Shown here piece after piece: positions 50,627 to 62,396 of a stretch of DNA of 64,000 nucleotides. Location of the stretch: NCBI GenBank assembly GCA_029953675.1, contig JAMWBK010000007.1:558001-622000 (forward strand). Reading direction: 5' to 3'. The notes below the pieces were generated by a model. It was not told the origin of the DNA. It made no database searches and was given only the letters and a program-made list of their open reading frames with translations. The stretch comes from Rhodosorus marinus CCMP1338 (Eukaryota; Plantae; Rhodophyta). Each line of letters begins with the position of its first letter. Position 1 is the first letter of the stretch. The translations under genes were made by a program, and so were the position numbers.

Positions 50627-52329
50627 TGGAGAATGTTTTTTCGTAAATTGTAGATTGGAGTACAGTAGTTCTTGGGTTTTACGGTGAAACTAACAACCCG
50701 GGATGGTGTCCTAGGAAATACGCCATCGTCCACCACGCGGAACTCTCTCGCCATGGTAAGCGTCCTCCCGGTTTTTTTTTCTTTTTGCCATGGTGGTCAG
50801 GGCTCCACTAGTTCCACCTAATCCGAACCAAAACGGTCAAAAGCTTATCATAAACCCAGTTCTTAGGTACACACACATTCATTCAGTTTTTGTAAGGTGG
50901 GTGTGGGGTATGCATGCCCCATTGCGAAAGGCATGCATACCAGTCAAAATCGGCGATTCCGACCTGTTCGTGGTGATTCTGAGGCCTCAATGCCTGCCCC
51001 AATATTTGCCCCCAATGCGTTCTCAAATGCTTACCTGTGTGTGTGTGAAGAGCTCTTCTGGCGGGATTTTGTAAAAGGGTTTTGGTGTGTGTGTGTGTGT
51101 GTTAGCTTATGGAAGGATAAGAAACGTTTTTGATCTTTGAAGAAGTGGCTGTGCTGCTGCTTACCCGCGAACATTTTGGAGTGCTTGGAGTAGTGGCAAC
51201 ATGGCCGGAGTTTGACGAGATGATCATCACATACTGGCTGCGTTTCTCACAACAGAAAGTATTTAAGGGAGCATGCAGTTTTCTCAGCTAGTGAGAAAAC
51301 ATTAAGATATTCTTTTATTTTTCGTATGGAATCTATCCCCTGATAAAGGTTTTGGAGGAGAATATGGAAGACAAAAAACTGAAAGAACATTAGTCCAATT
51401 CTTTTGTGTTTCATGCGGAGTACGTTGTTTGTCAAGGGTTTAGCAGAGGCCTACGAGACCGAAAAACAAGGAAGCGAGGTAGGAAAAATGGACCAAACCG
51501 GTAACAAAGCAGCGTTCGTTCGCCACGCCAGCACTTGTGACTCACTTTTCTCTTTATTAAGGCACCACCGAGGGCCGTCGCTAGTTCTCCAGTAAACCAG
51601 AAAAGGAAGCTCATACAGTAAAGCGTCGAGGAGAACCCCTGACGACCTAACTGAACCATGACACAGTCCGAATGGTTTGGGATACAATGATCCTCTTCGC
51701 GCAAAAGTTGTTTTTTGCACAACGAGCCCTTGGCATCGAATATTTTGGATTCCTGGATTCCGAAATGGTCCCCGTAGCGTTCGAGAGATCGATAACCCGC
51801 CGGTGCTTCCTCATGTGGCGTTGGATTTGGCATGTGATTTTCGTCCCCAGTAGTCATTTCTCTTTTGGGGCGGTTTTGTTTTTCTCGGCAACCTAATAAA
51901 CCCTTCTATCAAGCTATTTTTCCAAGCAGCTCTTTTGCAAAAAGAGATATAAAATTTGAATATATTCAGTCATGTGTATAGACTCCACTTTCTATGGCCA
52001 GAAGTTATTTTCTGTTAGGTTGTGTAGCGAATTTTGTTTGATCATCGTACTGAATTGTGCTAATAATTAGATAACACATGCAGAAGCTGATTGTAACTTG
52101 ATAATTCACGTTGGAGGTACAGTAATTTGGGTAAACTGGGTAAGCATTTTCGAGTTGCCCCTAACTTGGGAAATGCCGAAAACAGAAAACAGGGCAGTTC
52201 GAGGCTTTTCGCTGGAATAGCAGATTCCAGTTCGTCGCAACATTTGTCTGGCTGGGGAGTAAATTTTAATGACTATCTTTTTTTTTTAGTGGGCAGCTGG
52301 CAAATCCAACTGTTTTCGAGGGTTTACGT

Positions 52330-52880
52330 CGCGAGTAAGTAGAGAATAAAATTTGATTTTATTTTGGCCTACCTCGTAAATAGTCCGCTTTCCAATCGCA
52401 TTTTGGTTTTGGTGGGAGGTTGGGAGAGCACGAACAACTGTGGGTGAGCTTGGGCGATTAGGAAGCTGTCTGTTGCTAGGATGGGGAAGCAATTATTCGC
52501 AAGGGTTGCTGGAACAGAGGGCAGGAGATGAGATCCACAGAGTATGGGTAGTGCACAGTTGTATCCAGTGGGAATGAACGTTAATTGCTTATTAGAAAAT
52601 CATTCGACTCCGTACCAATTCAAAACCGGGATCCCCAAGGTGTACTCTATCCACAAATTCATTCATGTTTTCCAGTGTATGGTTGATTCCGCGCACCAGG
52701 GGGGCTCCGATTTTCGCACTCTCCCTCGACCTTCCGAAGCTGCTGTGAGAAGAACGATCAGTCCACTTCGTGAAAAAAAACCTGATCATCTACATACTAG
52801 GAATGCTCCCCAAGCCCGGGTCGAGCTCAAGTAACTCTTCTACCCATACTCTGTGGATCTCCTACCCTCTGTTTCACCAC
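52330..52880. pseudogene. Two inverted fragments of an unidentified decayed multicopy coding family
   Basis: 52330-52551 and 52690-52880 are homologous to 58780-59260 and 60000-60290 (for example GATCCACAGAGTATGGGTAGAAGAG and GTCGAGCTCAAG). Stops and frameshifts are present. Confidence 0.7.
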
Positions 52881-53489
52881 CTGTAAAGAAGGGGGAAATG
52901 CGAAATATTCCCCACCTCCATTCCCAGGAGCAAGTGGGGAAATGAACTCCCCACACAACCTTACTATAAATTATAGTATAATAGCAATGTTCAGTAATTC
53001 GATTCCCTAGTCCCTGCCCAGGGTGCTCAGTCGCTTAAAGAATTGATCCGAAGTGCAGGGAACCCAGAAGCACCGTCCATGAGAGAGCTGTACACGTCCT
53101 AGAGATCGCCACTGTCACACCGGAGCCTTTATCCGCAGCGCCTACCCGGAACCACAGCACATCAAAGCCAGCTGGAGGCTATTCAAGGGGCTGGCCAGAA
53201 ACATCAGGGTGAAGAGGATAGGGTTCTCATTCCGTCACCAATTGCTCGACTTGGGTTTAGAATTGAAGCCACTCCGGAGGGGTCGAATCCGCAGGAACTG
53301 CAAGGATTGTACATAAGTTCAGTCAAATACAGTCAATCAATATTACTTCATTTGTTATTGTCGAGTCTGGTCGTCGAGTGCTTCGGCGGCTTCCAACGAG
53401 TGGACTTTCGCTAGCGTTCGGGGTGATCGGGAAAGCCTGATTTTTACTGCCTTTTGGGCTTGTCTATGTTCATCGGTGTTTATGATTTT

Positions 53490-53830
53490 CGGACCGCTGA
53501 TCATTTTTCCCTGTTTTTGAGGTCCTTAGTGTCGCCTCCTTCCGTCGCGACCTCCAGGGCTCCATCCGTCAGAGCGGAAATAACTATTGTTTCTTTTGTC
53601 TTTATGAGTTGGAACCTTTTTGCTTCTTTAGAGCTTGGTTCCTCCAAGGCTCCCCCTAGTTCGATAAAGTCCGAGTACGTCTCTACCTTCAGCTTCCTAT
53701 GCTTGAAGGCGAGATGCCCCTGCTCCTTGCCCGAAAAGATCGAGGGTGGATGGACTCTACCCTCATGTCCACTGGCGACCTTACTCAGATTCGACTTCCT
53801 CCCCTCCGGAACTCCTTGGTCCTACCGTCA
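53490..53830 (-). mobile_element. Ty1/copia-like Gag remnant
   Basis: Start-less open frame PSIFSGKEQGHLAFKHRKLKVETYSDFIELGGALEEP...IVISALTDGALEVATEGGDTKDL resembles the copia Gag N-terminal/UBN2 pattern. No pol or LTR recognised. Confidence 0.5.
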
Positions 53831-54044
53831 TGAACCCAACCCAGAAGATCCTCTAACCCCAAATTCGCCAATCTGAGCGATCAGACCATGCGAACAAATG
53901 GATCTCTTATGCGGGCAGAGTTTCTCTTTTCTGTACGGGACACCTATCCAATTCCATGGTAGGTCCAATCATACCGTTCTTCGACCCGGCCTGGTACGTC
54001 GGCGTGGTTCTGCCTTTCCTTATCGCTATCCCTTAAGCAGAATG

Positions 54045-54770
54045 TAGTTACTCTGGACTTTACTAGCATAGCCTGAAGCGCTACGCAAGGCGTGAAGATG
54101 AACTAATAACTAGGGAGGGAAGCATGCAACCCCAGGCGCCGATGGCGCGCCTCGGAAAGCATGTCGCTGGAATATCGCCAAAGGGAGACACTTAAACGCC
54201 TGAAGAGCGCCAAATATTCAGTAGGATGCTCAGCAAAACATTTCCGCAACCACTCTAAACCCAACTTATCGACGTGACCAAAGCTTTCCACAATGAATGA
54301 CTGGAACCGGTGAGAGCGACCCTCAGCGCAAGGCAGACTGGCCATGCTCTCAGCATACCGTCGTTCCTTAACTCTTCGAAGGGCTGAAGCCGCGGCCCCC
54401 CGGCGGCGGGCGGCTGCGGTGAGGTGGGCGCTGGCCACGGGGCAGGTAATCGCAAGGTCCACATATGTTGAGCGTCTGGCAGCAGCGTCGGAGACGAGGA
54501 GATCGGCTATACAACGGGGCGGTGCAGAGTCCGAGATTGATCTGGGCAGTTCCGACTCAACCTCAACCGTATGCCCTATCCGAGTCAAAAATTCGCTGAG
54601 GATGTACTTGAGGCGAGTGTGTCGCCTCGTACGGAGACCTCTCAACAGTCCGCAGGAACCCAGGAAGTGGTAGCCACAAGCGTCAATCCGGCTCTCACAT
54701 CCCTGACAGAAAGACGGTCGATTAGAGTGCCACGGAGCCTGTGGCAAACCGATGTAGGTACTCTGCCTAC
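54045..54770 (-). mobile_element. 5'-truncated CRE-like non-LTR retrotransposon: CCHC knuckle plus restriction-like endonuclease and 3' UTR
   Basis: YIGLP..FCQGC..D..G.H...C, RTRRH, VEVE, IADLL, YVDLAI, KERRY and FIVESFG in an open 214-codon frame. The 3' UTR GCGTAGCGCTTCAGGCTATGCTAGTAAAG recurs at 61972 and 62560. Confidence 0.88.
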
Positions 54771-55321
54771 TACGCTATCAAAGGAAGGGGGATGATCCCG
54801 CAAAAAACCCAAACTGTCAACGCTTAGCCCCGATTTTGAAGACAAACATCTATAAACTCAGATAAATCCTCGAAATTGGGGTCGTTTCCCCTTCCACCAC
54901 CCAGCCCGTCATCGTTTATTTCTTATTTACGAAAGGATGGGACAACCCAAATACAAGCTGCTAAACAAATTCATTCAGTACACGCCATGATATCGCCCAT
55001 CAAGCTTTGAGCACGCCGGTTAGAATTGACGATTGACCTGAACGTTTGCTGGGATTGCGTGCAAAATGTTCTTTCTGGTTGGTTAAATTTCACTGTTGGT
55101 TGCTTGAACTCCTCCAGCCAATTTCAAGATGTTCAATTGCTTAGAATATTCAGCTCACTACCGGCGTAAGTAGTTGGGAGAACAACGGCAAACGCAGACT
55201 CAACACAATCAATTTTAAACATTGGTTTCTCGTCTAGCGCTGCTTCTGAATTTTCCCTAGGATGCCTTCTCCATTGGGCATTGGAGACCAGGTCAATTCG
55301 ATGACATGTGGAAAGGAGTCT

Positions 55322-55870
55322 TTAACAAACGTGGTGGGGATGTCTGGCAACAGTAGCGCAGGATTTATTATGAACAAGCTATAGTACATAGATAACAAAT
55401 TGCAACCAGGGTTGGGACTATTCGAGTCTGTTCCTGGAGCATGCGAATCTCACGTTTGCGTGTCTCTTCAGACATGCCAGTGTGGAGAATGCGCGTGTGC
55501 AGAGTGGACACACGAAATTTCGCTCTCGCAGATGCACGATCCTTATGTGCCTGTTCATGGTGCCTTTTGTCCCAAAGCTCCTACCGCAGTGTTTGCATGA
55601 ATGGGGGCGGAGCCCCCGATGCACTGTCTGCACATGAACGAGGAGGTGAGACCTTCCGGAAAACTTCGCAAAGCACTCGTCACACTTGTACGGTGTTCCC
55701 TTTTCACTTTTAAGTTTCGCTATGCTCAGTCTATTATCTCTTCTCCGCTGCCATCTCGGCAGACCGTATCCAATTGGATCGGCAATTCTAATTGTGCTCG
55801 GTACGTGCACAAGCGAAAAACCACAATCAGACCCGACGTTCTCCGTCGTTATCAGGCTCGAGATCTCCAT
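55322..55870 (-). CDS. C2H2 zinc-finger protein (3 fingers), 2 exons
   Basis: CDEC..FSGRSHLLVHVQTVH and CKHC..FGTKGTMNRHIRIVH; the third finger CPLC..FSTLACLKRHAN|LVH is completed by an intron at 55453-55379. The 5' start is uncertain. Confidence 0.9.
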
Positions 55871-57251
55871 AAGCACTTCTTCTCCTATCACAGCGGTTTA
55901 GCTAGCACATCCACTTGAAGCCTTGAGAAGTTTGCTCCCATCGACAACGGGCTGACTTGCCCAGCCAGGGTTTAAGTACCGGGTGGTAGAACAAACCTTG
56001 TTTCAGCACAGATCAACTCAACATCCAGATCCATGTTCAAAAAAACCGAGGACTTCATGATCACGCAAGTTGCCGTGGTCTACCATACAGCCGATTCCTA
56101 TCTCATGGACATCAGTCGGTTCGCCTTAAGCCAACCTAATCGCCTGCACAACCTCTCACCGGCTTGCTCTAGTTGTAAAACCCTCAAACCGTTGTCACTG
56201 CCAGCCTAAACACCCCAAAAACCAAGAAAACTCCGAAACCTTCTCGAAAACCTGAAACAAAAAAACAAAAAAACAAAACCAATCTCTTCCATTTTCGGGA
56301 TTCTCACTGCTACATAACATCGTAAAACATAATAAAAACAAACCCATACTTATCCAAAAACTCTACATTTTAATTAACACATATTGTTAGTTCTATTTCA
56401 TATCTCCAGACCGATGAACGGACGCCTGAATTAATTATTTTACGAATTCTAGATGAGCTGAACTATTATCTCCACCTGGGGCTATGGACGTAATTGTATT
56501 CGCTATATAATAGAATCAATACTGAATTATATGAGTAAATACGTTATATCTCGAAAGACAAAATAGTTTCGTAGAAGAAAGTTAAAGATATTGGGATGAA
56601 ATAGTTGAGGTTATGAGGATTGATTGGTTAAAGGAAAATTTGCTTACATCAAGAGGACCCAGGACAATAGCTCGGGAGGCTCGGGAAGTAGGGGATGGAG
56701 ATGGCTTGCCCTCTCTGGTGTGAAGTGGCTTTCAAGAATTTTGGTGATTGAGAAGGTGAAGGCTAGCAGCGAGATGGTGAAAGTGGGTTTTGAGGTCAGC
56801 AGGTATTACTCTTTACACGCCATTTTATGTAGTATTGACAAGGCGATCGTTCGACTTGTTTTTGGTTTTGGTTGGGTTGTTTGTAGGTGAGCCCTCGCCT
56901 GAATGCCTTTGAGACGTTGCTTCTTCGCCGGATAGCTGGATGGGATCAGGCAACCGTAGAGGCATTTGAGGGGAGTGTTCGACCGCAAATGTCATCGTTT
57001 TTCCGTCACGGAGTGAAGGTTGAGCCTTTCCGTGGTGGATTACGGTTAAGGGATCCGTCAATGGAAGCGTGTTTCTGGGGAGATGCATGCCTCGGGAGCC
57101 CAATTGTAAAAACGGACGACATACGGGCGTGCTGCTCGAGAGGATATTGGTTGAGTGTGGGTAGCCCTTGCTGCGGACGGACTTGGCTGTTGAAAGTTAG
57201 TGTCTCCTGCAGCGCATGGTTCTCTTTTTCCTTTATTTCTCTGGGTCAAGG

Positions 57252-57495
57252 CGGGTCGTCCCCGTGCAATCTCTGCCCCGCTCTTAGTTCAATCCATCGC
57301 CGTTGATCCAGAATGGCAAACGTTTTTTCGATGCAGAATCGTCCCCGTGCGCTCTCTACTAGTTCAATTCGTCGCCGTTGATTCAGAATGGCAAACTTTT
57401 TTCGATGCAGAATCGACCCCGTGCGCTTTCTGCCTCGCTCCTAGTTAAATCCATCGCCGTTGATTAAGAATGGCAAACTTTTTTTTCGTTGCTGA
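57252..57495. repeat. Minisatellite, about 3 copies of a 75-82-bp unit
   Basis: TAGTT(C/A)AAT(C/T)C(A/G)TCGCCGTTGAT..AGAATGGCAAAC..TTTTTCG starts at 57285, 57360 and 57442. Confidence 0.92.
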
Positions 57496-58526
57496 ATTTT
57501 TCCTCGGGTTTTGAGTGGGCATAGCTGATCCAGGGTCCCTTCGCATTTCCAGTTTCGTGAAATATGAACGGCAACCGTCAGTCACGATGAGAGACTGAGA
57601 TCTTCAATAGTTTACTGTGCTTTGGTGGAATCCTTGGTATGTAGACGTGCACCATACATAGACAGCACGCCACTTTCCCAGGTTGAAGCTAAAAATCTTG
57701 AAGCCGAGGCTTACATCGTCCCGTACAAGTGGACTGGAATCGGTCACTAATTAGAGCGAGAGCGCACGAGCAGGTGCTTCCCAGTGTTTGCTTTTGTTTC
57801 AGTGCCATCTGGTAGCCCCTTGGCCTTGGGGGAAGCCTAGAGCAATGCTCGATGTTGAGCTAATTTCGACAAAAATTCAGCATTTCAGCAATCGGTGCAG
57901 ATTTTGATGCGTCCCGGATTGTGCTGGCTTCCAACCTCAATAGGCGGAGGCTAAAATGCCTGTTACAGAGAAGAAAACAAACGTATTGTAGTACTACTAA
58001 CTAACCAACTGGATTTAATGAGAACTTACGCTTACGCAGACTCAGCCACGGCCACCAATCCGGGATTTGAGGGCTCCACACAACCGCTGAAACGTTTGCC
58101 CAAGGAACCTGGACTCCCCCCCCCGCGGCCCTACTCCAATTCCAGCCGCCAATTGAACAATCAGTAGTAGGGTCTGTGAAACTAACATTTTATATAGGGT
58201 TGGGCCAAATGGGACAGGTTTTTCGATATTTCCTCTTCTAAGCGGGGAAATACAGAAATCGGGGTGGTTTTCGCAGGTTTAGTTGGGAATAAAGCCGGGA
58301 ACGGCGATTGCACCCTCGTCCGTTGAACACTTGGCTAGGTAGGGGGTTAAATTTCAATGGTTATCCCCGGTTCGTAATGGCGAACCTGAAAAAGCACCTG
58401 TTCCCGAGGGTTCACTTGGGGAATAAGTGAAAGAATTTGTTTAATCGGGGGTTACGCCCCCCAAAAAGACTAAGCGCGGCGAAGATCGCGCGCCTCCAAC
58501 ATCAAAACAGTGTTCACACGCCAAAG

Positions 58527-58767
58527 CAAGAAACTTAAACGGGTAAACAACGAGGACAGACGGTCACAGGGCGTTCGTGGAGCAATTCCCGAAGCCAACG
58601 AGAACCAACGGAATCCAGAAGCCCAAAGCACTCAATGACCAGAGGTACCATGACCAGAGGTACCAGGCGATGAGCTAGAGCCGAAGCACGAAGGCCTGCG
58701 TTAATACGTGCACCGCAAGAAACTTAAACGGGTGAACATCGAGGACAGACGGTCAGGGCGTTCGCGG
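58527..58767. repeat. ~55-bp direct repeat (188-bp spacing) enclosing a 15-bp tandem duplication
   Basis: GCAAGAAACTTAAACGGGT.AACA.CGAGGACAGACGGTCA at 58527 and 58715; ATGACCAGAGGTACC twice at about 58635. A related sequence lies at about 62055-62150. Confidence 0.85.
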
Positions 58768-58779
58768 GATAAGTGGGGA

Positions 58780-60290
58780 ATAAAATTTGTTTGTTGGCGT
58801 ACCACGAAAACGATCTGCTTTCTTGGCTTCCGACTTTCACAATAACATTCTGATTCTGGTGGGAGCGCAGGAGGCGAGCAACAGTGGGGAAGCTTGGGCG
58901 ATTGGAAAAGGTCCGGTGACAGGATGGGGAAGCAGTTCTTCGGAGGAGGTGAAGCAGAGAGCAAGGGATCCACAAAGCATGGGTAGAAGAGTCACTTCAG
59001 CTCGACTCGGGCTTCGGAGTATTCCCCAGTTTCTAGGATTTTTTTGGGATTGGACTGCTCGCTCTTCTCACAAGGGCATTGAAGGGCCGTCGGCGAGTGC
59101 GAAAACAGAAGCGGCTGCTGGCCCAGTCTGTCCTAGTTTGTCAACATCGAGTCTTTGTGCACGCTAGCAGGGACAAGTCTCCGGAGTTCGTTTCTCTAGA
59201 AGGTATTGAGGGAAATCAAAACTCCTTAAGCTTATCGTTAGATGTTTTGCACAAGCTTCGGACTACTTTCGTGTAGGAACTGCGAAACAAAGAGTTCAGC
59301 AGCATAGTCTTTTGATTGAAAAGTTTTCTGGGGTGGAACCGTGAAGCAGTGTTTCCACTTTTTAACTCGAAATCCGTTGGCGTACGTTAGTCTGTGAGTT
59401 TAGAGCGAACATATAGTAGTGGTATTGCGCTGCGGTAGGTAGCTGCCGAATAAAGGCTACGGGGTTAAGTGCGATACTAAACAAAAATAGATGCAGACAC
59501 GTTAGCAATAAAGGCCAATAAGAGAGGTTTAGTGGCCAGATCTACCATTCATTAGCCCTTAAGAATCCCAAAGCCTCATTATTGGTGTTAAATTATAGAA
59601 TATACGTATACAAATCGTGTTATCCTCAAAATACTTACTCATACAATTTAATCTTCTTAGTTTATCCAATGAATGGCCGTTCAATTTGCGTGTTAGCCAA
59701 TCATTCAACCCCCCTCTCAATTCAAAAAAAATTCGAAGCCGGTCAAAGCACCATCGCATGTGGAGGGTTCATGGCAGAGCAGCGCTACTGAGCAAGAGCA
59801 TAATCACAACGAAGATTTAGTCGAAGTATCGGGAGAAGAAGAAGAGACCACGCAGCAGATTTCCAGTTCAAAAAAGGAAACGCTGCTTCACGGCTCAGAG
59901 CCGGAAAGCTTTTTCCGCCAAATGAAGACGTTGCTGAACTCTTTATCTCACATACTTCCTAGAAAGGCATCCGAAGCCCGTACAACTTGAAACACAAAAG
60001 CTGAGGAGTTGTTCCTTAATTGAATACCCTGAATAAACTGATGATAAGTACCTTCTAGCCAAGGAAACGAACTCCACAAACTTGTCCATGGGAAAAGGGT
60101 GCACGGAGACTTGATGTTCGCAAGCTAGGACTTACTGCCTCCGCTTCTATTTCATGACTCTCCCTCGGCCTTCCAATGCTCTTGTGAAAAGAACGATGAT
60201 CCCACTTCCTTCAAGAAACTTAATTATCCGCAATCTGGGGAATGCTCACAAGGCCGAGTCGAGCTCAAGCAGCTCTTCTACCCCACAAAG
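58780..60290. pseudogene. Two further inverted fragments of the same decayed multicopy coding family
   Basis: 58780-59260 (+) and 60000-60290 (opposite orientation) align over about 300 bp (TACCTTCTAG...GAAACGAACTCC...ACTTGTCC...CTAGGAC). Confidence 0.7.
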
Positions 60291-61439
60291 TGCGATACAG
60301 AAAATCAAAAACCCGCCTTCACCGCGTAAACAAGTTCATTTTCCTGTTCCCAACCAAAAACCCTTGATGGCATTTTTTTGCCCACCCACCAAATGTTCGA
60401 CGGACGCACTGGACGTTGGAAATACAACACCTATGAGTCTCGTTTTCATCTCCTCCTCACACCTCTAGCGGTACTAAACGCTCTTTGAGCCGACTTCTTG
60501 AAGCAACATATATACTCCTACAGCCTCTGAGGTCTCGGGAAACAGGCAAGCGTACAAAAATACTACCCTACCCAGGCTTGATCCTTATTTCTCCAGTAGC
60601 TGACAAACTACGAATCACATCTAGTACTTATAAGGCCTCTGGGTCAGTAGCCGACTCTGTCCAAAAGTGCTACCACCTCAGTTCCCCGTCTGCAAGCTCG
60701 ATTAATATCGGAAACATCATAGGTTACTCCCGCCGCGGATTATCCTTCGGTTGTCCTGGAGCTGGACTTATACCAGAAACGCTTCCGCATGCAAAACCTT
60801 CAAGTACCAGCGGAGCCTTCGACAGTAACCGGGTATATGTAATCTGTTAACACTGGAATCGCCTATTGCCCACTTATATTACCCACTTATTTCCCGCCCC
60901 ACTAAAAACCCCCTGTTTTCGCAGGTTTAGCGCTTATGGGTCGTAAACAGCGAAAAACCCAACCCACTTGGCACGACCCTACTATAGCCGCTTAAACCAT
61001 TCGTTTCGACTATAGCTCCAATCGGCAATGTCATCTTGTGGATTACCTCAAGGGTATTGAGTAAGATCTTTATTAGGCAACATAGCTTTAGATGAATTAG
61101 ATAAAATTATAAAAAAAATATTTAAATACTAATTTCCATCATTTCTATGTAAGAAACAATGAGTCTTTCTTGCTCTTTTACAGTTAGCCTCCGATTAAAC
61201 CATTCATTCATTTACAATAATCAAAACAAATTTATATAGACCGGGATATTATTGCACGCTGGTTAAAAAAAGCTGGGGTCCAAGTTCTGTACCAGTCTCC
61301 CTACCGACCTGCACCCACGCCTGGCCGGCTGGCGAGCCGTTTTTTTGCGGGCTCGCGGCCCCACGACCGAACAGTTGCCGGTCCTGTACCTACCGTGGTG
61401 ATCCTGTGGTTGCTGAGGAAACAGAAGTCCCTCGTGATC

Positions 61440-62000
61440 CTCCTGATGATGGACCGGGCTCTGGGAGTCGCGTCTCCGCAAGCACGGATGCGTTGCAAAA
61501 CACACTTCTTGGGACTTGCACCGTGCTGCCTATGGCCGACTTCTGGTGCAGATGGTCTCATCTTCCCGAGATCGCGCCCGCCTGCGTAGCCTTGGAGGGT
61601 GTATCAGCTCGAAGTGGCTCATGAGCGACCCCGCTTCTCCGCCACTCACACTGACGGATTTCGAAGTGCGCACTTCTCTACGTTTATACATCGGTTTGTA
61701 TCAGCCGCCGTGGCCTTCTGAGATGGGTTCGCCGTGCCCTCTATGCTCTCAGGACGCGATAAATTTTGTTCGATAGAAGAGCAACTTGAAACCCAGCCAA
61801 GCAGATTCGCGAGCTTTGACCCTGGGCGGGGCAAACCAAGAGTTTCGCGGAAGGTGGGCGTAAACAAATTCATTCATTCAATGGCCGAGAAACCCACTTT
61901 GCAGTTCACTGCTGTGCGAAAGTATAGGTGCTTCCCCTGGAGGGGAAAGGCTAGTAGCTAGTTACTTTACTAGGCTATGCTAGTAAAGTCCAGTAGCTAG
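61440..62000 (+). mobile_element. Internally deleted CRE-like retrotransposon fragment (segment between RT and endonuclease, then 3' UTR)
   Basis: RDRARLRSLGG..SSKWL..P....LTDFEVRTSLRLYIGL...CPLC (61516-61776); 22-bp identity AGGCTATGCTAGTAAAGTCCAG (61972-61993) with the 54 kb copy. Confidence 0.8.
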
Positions 62001-62396
62001 TTCACTTTCTACCCTGCGTAGCGCTTAAGATTAGAAAACAAGCCAACCACCAACTAACCAAACTCAACGCGTAAACAGAGAAGAGAGCCGGTCTGAGCGC
62101 ACACGGAACACTTCGCGGAGCCAAAGGGAACCAACTGAATCCAGGACGCGAGACTGTAAAGGCGAACACTGGCAAGCGCTCAACTATACCACAACTACAA
62201 CATGTACCCTGGCGGTGAAGCGCTAATTCCCTGGGCAGACAAAGCAACCCAGTATTTCACTGTTTTATGACGGCGCAGCAGTTCCACGCGCTCCCCAGCT
62301 GCACGGGAAAAAGACTATTGAATGCATAAGCCGCGCGCATCCAATATCAATGCAGCAACATGCGCCACGACGGAGAACCAAGGCGAGTAAAGAGGG

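Larger units (their letters stand above)
58195..60981. mobile_element. Possible decayed DNA-transposon (hAT-like) termini
   Basis: TAGGGTTGGGCCAAATGGG (58195) versus the reverse complement TAGGGTCGTGCCAAGTGGG (ending 60981), 16/19 match. GTTTTCGCAGGTTT is shared at 58267 and 60915. No target-site duplication or transposase found. Confidence 0.35.

Noticed and set aside
51432-51857. 141-codon minus-strand ORF in the repeat-rich zone
   Set aside because: No recognisable domain, splice support or second copy in the window.
56887-57306. 139-codon ORF with a faintly F-box-like start (LNAFETLLLRRIAGWD)
   Set aside because: No in-frame ATG or consistent upstream exon, and the motif match is too weak.
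57252-57495. CRISPR-like repeat array
   Set aside because: The units are contiguous tandem copies without unique spacers, there are no cas genes, and the context is eukaryotic.
52740-60190. TGA conserved at the same position in three copies of the unknown family (LL*EER), suggesting selenocysteine or readthrough
   Set aside because: That frame is not the one favoured by the substitution pattern; the TGA is a by-product of a conserved CTCACA/TTCACA on the other strand.
58195-60981. Single foldback element with kilobase-long inverted arms
   Set aside because: Homology between the arms is limited to about 300 bp and the short termini; 58770-58950 and 60290-60480 do not align.
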